This document shows, piece by piece, positions 12,765-19,891 of a stretch of 64,000 nt of DNA (the stretch's first letter is position 1; every line of letters begins with the position of its first letter). The stretch is from Candidatus Gilichinskyi gelida (GTDB lineage: Bacteria; Acidobacteriota; Thermoanaerobaculia; Gp7-AA8). A program made the translations under genes and the position numbers. The notes beneath the pieces are model-generated. The model saw only the letters and a list, made by a program, of their open reading frames with translations. It ran no database searches and had not been told where the DNA came from. The stretch spans positions 109,091 through 173,090 of the forward strand of contig JBBPII010000008.1 of NCBI GenBank assembly GCA_038040385.1, in the 5' to 3' direction.

Positions 12765-13045
12765 TCCGCGGCGCGCTCGAAGCTCACCAACTTCCGGATC
12801 AGCGCGTTGTAGCGGCTGTGCGCTGAATCGGAGTTTTCCGCGGCGAGCTTTTCGTACAACCGATCTTCCGGGTAGTACGGCGTATCGGGGACGTCGAACC
12901 CGATGCGGCGGAGGCGCGGAGCGCCGACGAGCACCAAAAGCGCCTCGATCGACTCCACGCCGTCGCGGATGTCGCGCAGACCGGCGCGGATCAAGTCGGC
13001 GCCGGGAAGGGCGTCGGAAACCTCCATGCGGTGAGTGTAAGCCAC
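12749..13045 (-). CDS. Small (98 aa) partner protein upstream of the nucleotidyltransferase
   Basis: Independent 98-aa ORF ending 16 nt inside the NTase ORF. No recognised motif, and no canonical HEPN Rx4-6H motif. Confidence 0.35.
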   Translation of the reverse strand: MAYTHRMEVSDALPGADLIRAGLRDIRDGVESIEALLVLVGAPRLRRIGFDVPDTPYYPEDRLYEKLAAENSDSAHSRYNALIRKLVSFERAAECVNP

Positions 13046-13123
13046 GCGGAACGCCGCCGTCCTCGGCGGCTGGCTCGGCGGCGTCCTCGCCGCCGACGGC
13101 GGGCGGCGGGACGCCGGCGCTCC

Positions 13124-14263
13124 TTAGACCCCCTCGAACGCGTTCCCCACGTCGGCGATGAGGTCTTCGATGTCCTCGATGCCGACGGAGATCCGCACCA
13201 GGCCGGGCGTGATGCCGAGGCGCTGGCGGTCGGCGACAGGAACCGAGGCATGGGTCATGGTCTCCGGATGTGAGATGAGCGTCTCCACACCGCCGAGCGA
13301 CTCGCCGAGCGAGCAGAGTCGGACGCGGTCGAGGAACTTCTTGGCGTTCTCGTACGAGCCGAGCTCGAAGGAGATCATCGCCCCGAAGCCGTCCATCTGC
13401 CGCCTGGCCAGCGCGTGCTGCGGATGGTCGGGGAGGCCGGGGTAGTAGACCTTCTTCGCCTTCGGGTGATGCGCGAGGTAGTTCGCCATCGCCACGCCGT
13501 TCTCCTCGTGGCGCTTCATGCGCACGGCGAGCGTCTTCACGCCGCGCAGCACGAGCCAGGAATCGAACGGCGAGAGGATTGCGCCGACCGCGTTCTGCAG
13601 GAAGCCGATCTTCTCCGCCAGCTCGTCGGAGTTGCAGATCACCGCGCCTCCGACCGAGTCGGAGTGGCCGTTGAGGAACTTGGTGGTGGAGTGAACGACA
13701 ACGTCCGCGCCGAGCTCGAGGGGGCGCTGCAGGTACGGCGAGCAGAACGTGTTGTCGACCACGACCAGCGCGCCCGCCGCATGCGCCACTTCCACGCACG
13801 CCGCAATGTCGGTCAGCGTCATCATCGGATTGGTCGGCGTCTCCAGGAAGACAATCTTCGTCGCCGGGCGGATCGCGGCGCGCACGGCGTCGACCTTCGA
13901 GGTGTCGACGTACGAGAACTCCAGTCCGAACTTCTCCAGAACTTTGCTGAACAGGCGGTACGAACCGCCGTACATGTTCTCGCCGGCCACCACGTGATCG
14001 CCCTTGGCCAGCGTGCGGAAGACGACGTCGATCGCCGACATCCCGGAGGCGAAGCAGTGCCCGTGCTTGCCGCGCTCGAGCGCGGCGAGGTTTGCCTCCA
14101 GCACCGAGCGCGTCGGATTCTTCGTTCGCGCGTACTCGTAGCCTTTGTGCTCGCCGAGCCGCGGCTGCACGTAGGTCGATGTCTGGAAGATCGGGAAGGT
14201 CACCGCGCCGGTGACCGGCTCCGGCTCCTGGCCGGCGTGAATGCACTCTGTCGAGAAACCCAT
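13124..14263 (-). CDS. metB: Cystathionine gamma-synthase / gamma-lyase family PLP enzyme
   Basis: MGFSTECIHAGQ...TKNPTR...HSTTKFLNGHSD matches Cys/Met-metabolism PLP enzymes, including the lysine-PLP region. Start is at the internal ATG, 2 nt after the cysK stop. Confidence 0.85.
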   Translation of the reverse strand: MGFSTECIHAGQEPEPVTGAVTFPIFQTSTYVQPRLGEHKGYEYARTKNPTRSVLEANLAALERGKHGHCFASGMSAIDVVFRTLAKGDHVVAGENMYGGSYRLFSKVLEKFGLEFSYVDTSKVDAVRAAIRPATKIVFLETPTNPMMTLTDIAACVEVAHAAGALVVVDNTFCSPYLQRPLELGADVVVHSTTKFLNGHSDSVGGAVICNSDELAEKIGFLQNAVGAILSPFDSWLVLRGVKTLAVRMKRHEENGVAMANYLAHHPKAKKVYYPGLPDHPQHALARRQMDGFGAMISFELGSYENAKKFLDRVRLCSLGESLGGVETLISHPETMTHASVPVADRQRLGITPGLVRISVGIEDIEDLIADVGNAFEGV

Positions 14264-14265
14264 TT

Positions 14266-15234
14266 TTACCCCACAGCCCACTTCGTATAGATGCCCTTGG
14301 ACATGTAGCGCTCGGAACCGTCGGGGATGAGCGTCACGACGCGCTTGCCGCGCCCGAGCTTACGCGCCACCTGCACCGCCGCGTCGAGGTTCGCACCGGC
14401 GGACGATCCACCGAGGATGCCTTCCTCCTTGGCCATGCGGCGAACCATGGCGAAGGCCGGGTCGTCGTCGACCTTGATGATGTCGTCGGCCAGCGACAGA
14501 TCGAGCACCGGCGGGATGAACGAAGATGCGCCGATACCTTCCACTTCGTGCGGCCCCGCCTCGCCGCCCTTGAGAATGGAGCCCTGCGGCTCGACGATGA
14601 CGCAGTAGCAGTCGGGATTCCGCTCGCGGAGGTACTTCGCCACGCCGGTGAACGTCCCGCCCGTCCCCGCCCCAGCCACCCACCCGTCCACCCGCCCCTC
14701 CATCTGCTCCCACACCTCGGCACCGGTGGTCTCGTAATGCGCCTCGGTGTTGTAGGGGTTCGCGAACTGCTGCGGCACGTACGAGCCCTCGATCGACGCC
14801 GCGATCTCCTGCGCCTTGGCGATCGCGCCCTTCATACCGTCGTCTTTCGGCGTGAGCACCACGGTGCCGCCGAGGGCCCTCATCACCTCGCGCTTCTCGA
14901 CGGAGAAGTTCTCGGGGACGCAGAGGATGACCTTGTAGCCGAGTTGCGTGCCGGCGAGCGCGAGTGCGATGCCGGTATTGCCGGCGGTCGGCTCGATGAT
15001 CGTCCCGCCCGGTTTCAGCTCGCCGTTGCGCGCGGCGCGCTCGATCATGCCGACGCCGATGCGGTCCTTGACCGAGAAGCCGGGACTGAGCAGCTCGAGC
15101 TTGACGTAGATCTCCGCGCCGTCGGGATCGGGGATGCTGCGCAGCTTGAGCATCGGCGTGTTGCCGATGAGGTCGAGGATGTTGTCGACGGTGGGAGGGA
15201 GGGGGTGGGTCAAGCGGCGCGGATTGTAGCGCAC
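14266..15234 (-). CDS. cysK: Cysteine synthase / cystathionine beta-synthase family PLP enzyme
   Basis: LIGNTPMLKL, KLELLSPGFSVKDR and GTGGTFTGV motifs. The GTG start at 15234 gives 322 aa, typical of CysK. The listed ORF extends to 15285. Confidence 0.85.
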   Translation of the reverse strand: MRYNPRRLTHPLPPTVDNILDLIGNTPMLKLRSIPDPDGAEIYVKLELLSPGFSVKDRIGVGMIERAARNGELKPGGTIIEPTAGNTGIALALAGTQLGYKVILCVPENFSVEKREVMRALGGTVVLTPKDDGMKGAIAKAQEIAASIEGSYVPQQFANPYNTEAHYETTGAEVWEQMEGRVDGWVAGAGTGGTFTGVAKYLRERNPDCYCVIVEPQGSILKGGEAGPHEVEGIGASSFIPPVLDLSLADDIIKVDDDPAFAMVRRMAKEEGILGGSSAGANLDAAVQVARKLGRGKRVVTLIPDGSERYMSKGIYTKWAVG

Positions 15235-15354
15235 GGTGGTTGCGAGGTTGCGCGGTGAAGGCTTTGCCGCTGCGAAACCGCGCAACTTCGCAACCGCGTA
15301 ACCAAGTAAAACGGCGGCCTCTCGGCCGCCGTCGAATTGTCGTTGTCGGTGAAT

Positions 15355-15672
15355 CTACGCCCAGCTCGAGGGCCGAGTGGAGGAGCGGCGCTGGTTATAG
15401 CAATCGCGGCAGTAGACCGGCTTGCCGCTGACGGGCGTGAAGGGGACTTCCGTCGCCACGCCGCAGCTGTCGCACGTCACGCTGACCATCTGGCGCTCGC
15501 GCGATCCGCCGTTGCCGTCGCGCGCCATCTTGCGCTTGTCGCGGCAGTTCTTGCATCGCTTCGGCTCATTCGTGAAACCACGCTCTGCGTAAAAGGCCTG
15601 CTCATTCTTGCTGAAAACGAAATCCTGACCGCAGTCGACACAAGCGAGGGATTTGTCGTTGAACGTATCCAT
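15355..15672 (-). CDS. Zinc-ribbon protein with two CxxC...CxxC units
   Basis: CVDCGQDF...CKNCRDK and CDSCGVATE...CRDCY. 105 aa, basic. Widespread small zinc-ribbon family. Confidence 0.6.
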   Translation of the reverse strand: MDTFNDKSLACVDCGQDFVFSKNEQAFYAERGFTNEPKRCKNCRDKRKMARDGNGGSRERQMVSVTCDSCGVATEVPFTPVSGKPVYCRDCYNQRRSSTRPSSWA

Positions 15673-15954
15673 GAACCTTGATCTCCTAAGTTTCCTCTTG
15701 AAAGACTACTGATGATGCCGCAGCGCAGAACACGGGCGGGGTGCCGCGACGCTCTCCCCGCGAATTGGTTTCACAACGATATCGGTTACGTTGACCAACC
15801 CCCTTCCGCGATCGAACACAACACGTCCACCAAACACGTTTTTCCTGGAGTGCGCATGTTGGGCTCGATGGCTCGGGTTTTAGCATAGAAGCCAAGCAAC
15901 CGCAACGAATTACGCGGTTCTCAAAATAAGATGTCAACCTGTTGACGATCACAA

Positions 15955-16791
15955 ATGGAACATCCGATTCGCATCGGTCCGGCAGGGTGGAGTTACTCCG
16001 ATTGGGAGGGAACCGTCTACCCGCCGCACCGCTCCCGCTTCGACCATCTCGCCTACCTTTCGTCGTTTTTCGACACCATCGAGATCAACTCGCCCTTCTA
16101 CCGGATCCCGCCGCCAACGCACGCCAAAAGCTGGGTGCGGCGCGTGTCGAGCAACCCGGACTTCAAGTTCACCACGAAGATCTATCGCGGCTTCACCCAC
16201 GACGCCGAGCAGCCCGGCCCTGACGACGTAAAGGCCTTTCGAGACTATCTCGACCCGCTCGCCGGCGCCGGCAGGCTCGGCGCCGTGCTTTTGCAGTTCC
16301 CCTGGTCGTTCAAGGACGCCCCCGAATCGCGCGAGCGGCTCGAGCGCCTCTTCGCCGACTTCCGCGACTACCCGCTCGCCCTCGAGGTGCGCCACTCGTC
16401 GTTTCAGAACGAGGAGGTCACGCGCTTCCTCGACCAGCACGGCGTGGCTTGGGTGAACGTCGATCAGCCGCTGTTCCAGGACTCGGTCAAGCCGTCGGCC
16501 ACGGTTACCGGGCCGGTGGGCTACGTCCGCCTGCACGGTCGGAACTACGAGAAGTGGTTCGCGCACGCGGAGACTTGGGAGCGCTACAACTATCTCTACT
16601 CGAAGGAAGAGCTCTCGCCGTGGGTCGAGCGCATCCGGACCATTGCCCGCGAGAAGGAGACGTACGTCATCACCAACAACCACTTCCGCGGCCAGGCGGT
16701 GGTGAACGCCGCGGAGATCAGGGAGGAGCTGGGGATCGGCGGCAAGGTGCCGCCGCAACTGAAAGAGGTGTACGGAGGCCGCGTCAGTTAG
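15955..16791 (+). CDS. DUF72 (YecE-like) family protein
   Basis: Full-length (278 aa) similarity to the DUF72/UPF0759 family, from GPAGWSYSDWEGTVYPP through ITNNHFRGQAVVNA. Confidence 0.8.
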   Translation: MEHPIRIGPAGWSYSDWEGTVYPPHRSRFDHLAYLSSFFDTIEINSPFYRIPPPTHAKSWVRRVSSNPDFKFTTKIYRGFTHDAEQPGPDDVKAFRDYLDPLAGAGRLGAVLLQFPWSFKDAPESRERLERLFADFRDYPLALEVRHSSFQNEEVTRFLDQHGVAWVNVDQPLFQDSVKPSATVTGPVGYVRLHGRNYEKWFAHAETWERYNYLYSKEELSPWVERIRTIAREKETYVITNNHFRGQAVVNAAEIREELGIGGKVPPQLKEVYGGRVS

Positions 16792-17126
16792 AGGACGCTG
16801 GAATCGAACACCATCTGGCTCGGAGGGCCGAGCGGCGTTTCGTTCGGATCGACGCCGGAGACCTCGACCACCCGCGACTTGAACCATGCCGCGAACGGGT
16901 CGTCCGATTCCTTGTACGCCTCGGCGTTCTTGGCGACGTCGTTCAGCTCCGTCACGCCGATGATGATCGGCCCGTGCTCCGTCTGCTGGAAGAACCACAT
17001 CTCGCGCTTGACGTTGAAACTTCGATAGAAGTTCCTCGTTTCTTCGGCGCGGCTCTGTAACTCGCCGATGAACCGGCCGACGGCTTCACGGCTGCGAACG
17101 GGATACGCACGAACGACGAGTGCCAT
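16788..17126 (-). CDS. Hypothetical small cytoplasmic protein
   Basis: 112 aa from the internal ATG. The longer ORF 16788..17342 would overlap the selB start. No recognised motif. Confidence 0.4.
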   Translation of the reverse strand: MALVVRAYPVRSREAVGRFIGELQSRAEETRNFYRSFNVKREMWFFQQTEHGPIIIGVTELNDVAKNAEAYKESDDPFAAWFKSRVVEVSGVDPNETPLGPPSQMVFDSSVL

Positions 17127-17187
17127 GGTTTCCCTCCTCCGGTGAGCGGTCATCATCGCACCGTTACCGTACGCTAAGCTTCGCGCC

Positions 17188-19170
17188 ATGCCGAGAAAGC
17201 GCCGCGTCGTCGGCACCGCCGGCCACATCGACCACGGCAAGACCGCGCTGGTGAAGGCGCTCACCGGCGTGGACACCGACCGCCTCCCCGAGGAGAAGCG
17301 GCGCGGCATCACCATCGACCTGGGGTTCGCGAGCTGGTTCACCGACGACTACCAGATCGGCTTCATCGACGTCCCCGGCCACGAGCGCTTCGTCAAGAAC
17401 ATGCTCGCGGGGGTGGGGGGGATCGACAGCGCGCTGTTGGTCGTCGCCGCCGACGAGTCGATCAAGCCGCAGACGCGCGAACACTTCGACATCTGCAAGC
17501 TCCTCGGCATCCGCACCGGTGTCGTGGCCATCACCAAGAGCGATCTGGTCGACCCCGACATCATCGACCTGGTGCGCCTCGAGATCGACGAGCTCGTGGC
17601 CGGCAGTTTCCTGGCCGGAAAGCCGATCGTGCCGGTATCGAGCGTGACCGGCGCGGGCCTCGACGTCCTGCGCGCGGCGATCGTGAAGTCGGTGTCCGAG
17701 GTCGACGATCGCGACGGCACCACGCGCGTGTTCCGCCTGCCGATCGATCGCGTCTTCACCATGAAGGGCTTCGGCTCGGTGATCACCGGGACGACCTTCG
17801 CCGGGCGGCTGAATGTCGAGAGCGACGTGGAAACGCTGCCCGGCGGCGACCGCAGCCGTGCGCGCAACATTCAGGTGCACGGTGAAGCGCGCGAGCTCGC
17901 GTCGGCCGGCGAGCGGACGTCGGTCAATCTGCCGGACATCCCGCTCGAGCGACTGCACCGCGGGCAGCAGCTCGTCGCGCCGAACACGCTGCGTACGTCG
18001 CAGGTCATCACCGTGAAACTCGATCTCTTGAAGACGGCGAAGCCGCTGAAGGAACAGACGCGCATCCGCTTTCATCACCTCGCCGCGGAATTGCTCGGAA
18101 GCGTGCGCTTCGTCGACCAGACGGTGGAGCTGAAGCCGGGGGGGAGCGCATTCGCCCAGGTGCGGCTCGAGTCGCCGGTGGTCGCCGCCGCGGGCGACCG
18201 ATTCGTCGTCCGCCGCTACTCGCCGGCCATCACCGTCGGCGGCGGCGTGATCCTCGACGCGCACCTGCCGAAGCTGAGCCGCGCCACGCGGCCGGAGCTG
18301 CTCGACGTCCTCGCCGGCGGCACGCTGCCGCAGCGCGTCGAGCTGATGGCGAAACTGGAGGGGCTGCGCGGGCTCACCGTTCACGAGGTTCAGGCGCGGA
18401 CGGGAATCCGCGTCGAGACGCTGACGAAGGAGCTCAAGCCCTCACCCCGCGCTTCGCGCCACCCTCTCCCGCAAGCGGGAGAGGGGGAAAACCAGCGCCC
18501 CTCTCCCGCCGCAGCGGGAGAGGGTCCGCGAAGCGGGGGTGAGGGTCTCGTCGACACCGGCAACCTCCGGTGGATCCACGTTGACGTCCTCGCCGACTTC
18601 CGGCGCCGCGCCATGGAGTTCCTGCAGGCGTACTTCCGCGACAACCGCATGGCGATGAACGTCCCGAAGGGGGAGTTCGTGCAGAAGCTCCTGCCGCACG
18701 GCGCGGACGGGCAGCTCGTGAACTTCCTCCTGCAGGACCTGGCGCGCGAGAAGATCGTGGTCATGGAGGGCGACGCGCTCGACGTCCCCGGCCGCTCAAA
18801 GAAGCTGGGCGGCGCGGAGGGGGAGCTGGCGCGCTCGATCGAGCAGCGCTTCGCCGAGGCCGGCCTGCAGCCGCCGCCGGTCTCCGAACTGATCAACGAG
18901 CGGACGCAGAAAGCGAAGATCATCGAGGGCGTGGTCGGCTTCCTGGTGAAGCAAGGGACGCTGGTTCGCCTCGCCGAGGGGCTTTACGTGCACCGCGACG
19001 CGCTGGCGGGCGCGCGCGAGCGGATGACGTCGCGCAAGGGCGAGACGATCGACGTCGGCCAGTTCAAGGAGTTCTTCGGCCTGTCGCGGAAGGTGGCCAT
19101 CCCGCTGCTGGAGTGGTTCGATCGAGAGGGGGTCACGAAGCGGGTCGGGGACGCGCGGCGGGTTCTTTGA
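17188..19170 (+). CDS. selB: Selenocysteine-specific translation elongation factor SelB carrying an in-frame ~36-aa insertion
   Basis: G-domain motifs (GHIDHGKTAL, DVPGHERF, TKSD) plus an extended C-terminal winged-helix region. 660 aa against the usual ~615–640. Confidence 0.88.
   Translation: MPRKRRVVGTAGHIDHGKTALVKALTGVDTDRLPEEKRRGITIDLGFASWFTDDYQIGFIDVPGHERFVKNMLAGVGGIDSALLVVAADESIKPQTREHFDICKLLGIRTGVVAITKSDLVDPDIIDLVRLEIDELVAGSFLAGKPIVPVSSVTGAGLDVLRAAIVKSVSEVDDRDGTTRVFRLPIDRVFTMKGFGSVITGTTFAGRLNVESDVETLPGGDRSRARNIQVHGEARELASAGERTSVNLPDIPLERLHRGQQLVAPNTLRTSQVITVKLDLLKTAKPLKEQTRIRFHHLAAELLGSVRFVDQTVELKPGGSAFAQVRLESPVVAAAGDRFVVRRYSPAITVGGGVILDAHLPKLSRATRPELLDVLAGGTLPQRVELMAKLEGLRGLTVHEVQARTGIRVETLTKELKPSPRASRHPLPQAGEGENQRPSPAAAGEGPRSGGEGLVDTGNLRWIHVDVLADFRRRAMEFLQAYFRDNRMAMNVPKGEFVQKLLPHGADGQLVNFLLQDLAREKIVVMEGDALDVPGRSKKLGGAEGELARSIEQRFAEAGLQPPPVSELINERTQKAKIIEGVVGFLVKQGTLVRLAEGLYVHRDALAGARERMTSRKGETIDVGQFKEFFGLSRKVAIPLLEWFDREGVTKRVGDARRVL
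18439..18545. repeat. Nested palindromic element (outer inverted repeat enclosing two tandem CCCTCTCCCGC/GCGGGAGAGGG hairpins) inside the selB CDS
   Basis: Outer arms are CCCTCACCCCGCGCTTCGCG and CGCGAAGCGGGGGTGAGGG. Inner hairpins lie at 18462-18485 and 18499-18524. The total length is a multiple of 3 and encodes PSPRASRHPLPQAGEGENQRPSPAAAGEGPRSGGEG. Confidence 0.8.
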
Positions 19171-19891
19171 TCTCCGTGTAGTTCTTCCCGATGGCCAGCC
19201 ACGACTTCGGCACCTCGCGCTGCTCGATCTTGACCACGCTGCGGTCGACCACCAGCTTCTCGTTTCCGAACGGCAGCTCGGCGTGATCGACGAGCGGGAA
19301 TCCCCGCACGGCCATCAGCGCCTCGTCCGCGGCGCGCGCGACGCCCGCCAACGGCGATGATGCGGCGAGGCTGGCCTGGGTCATGGCGAACAGCTCGTCC
19401 GGGAGCGCCGGATGCTTGGCAATCCAGAGGCGGCGCTCGTATCCGCCGAGGCGGATGAGGTGCTCGGCGGCGGGGACGGTGTGCAGCACGCGCTTCGCGC
19501 CGGTAGCGGCGAACTCCGCGCGCGGCGTTCCGGAGGGCATCGGCCGCGCCAGCTCCTTGCGCCGCTCCGCGATGAGCGTCGCGAGCGGCACGTTCCGGTA
19601 CGTCTTCGCCAGATCGTCAACGAACGTCACCTGCTTGTTGCGGAGGTCGAAGAGACGCCAGGCGTCGACTTCGTCGCCGCTGCGCGCGCGCCCGTCAGCG
19701 ATCACCAGCGTGTGGGTGAACGTTCGGTTCTGCGGCTGGAGCGTGGTCCGGATGGTGACGACGGTGGCGCGGATCTTCGGAACCTGATCGGGGCGGGCGG
19801 GTGGGACAGGGCCGGGTTTGCATGCGGCGTAAACGGCTGCCGCCGCGGCGATTGCGATCAGTCCTTTGCGTCGTACCAACGTGGTCCCCAA
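19133..19891 (-). CDS. Hypothetical lipoprotein
   Basis: Signal peptide with lipobox (AAVYAACK). 252 aa, convergent with and overlapping the selB 3' end. Confidence 0.5.
   Translation of the reverse strand: MGTTLVRRKGLIAIAAAAAVYAACKPGPVPPARPDQVPKIRATVVTIRTTLQPQNRTFTHTLVIADGRARSGDEVDAWRLFDLRNKQVTFVDDLAKTYRNVPLATLIAERRKELARPMPSGTPRAEFAATGAKRVLHTVPAAEHLIRLGGYERRLWIAKHPALPDELFAMTQASLAASSPLAGVARAADEALMAVRGFPLVDHAELPFGNEKLVVDRSVVKIEQREVPKSWLAIGKNYTEIKEPAARPRPAS

Noticed and set aside
11298-13045. CBASS-like system (NTase plus a GxSxG hydrolase effector)
   Set aside because: At 173 aa the nucleotidyltransferase is far too small for a CD-NTase. The hydrolase has a lipase-type HG/GHSFG arrangement and no patatin GGxR oxyanion motif. 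The hydrolase is translationally coupled to a sigma factor instead.
15932-15947. Perfect inverted repeat GTCAAC-CT-GTTGAC 8 nt upstream of the DUF72 start
   Set aside because: It is a single short palindrome in a divergent promoter region. It could be an operator, but with no adjacent regulator there is too little support to call it.
15673-19891. Selenoprotein gene or SECIS element adjacent to selB
   Set aside because: No ORF in the flanks shows an in-frame TGA followed by continued coding plus a downstream hairpin. The neighbours are ordinary proteins (DUF72, a zinc-ribbon protein, a lipoprotein).
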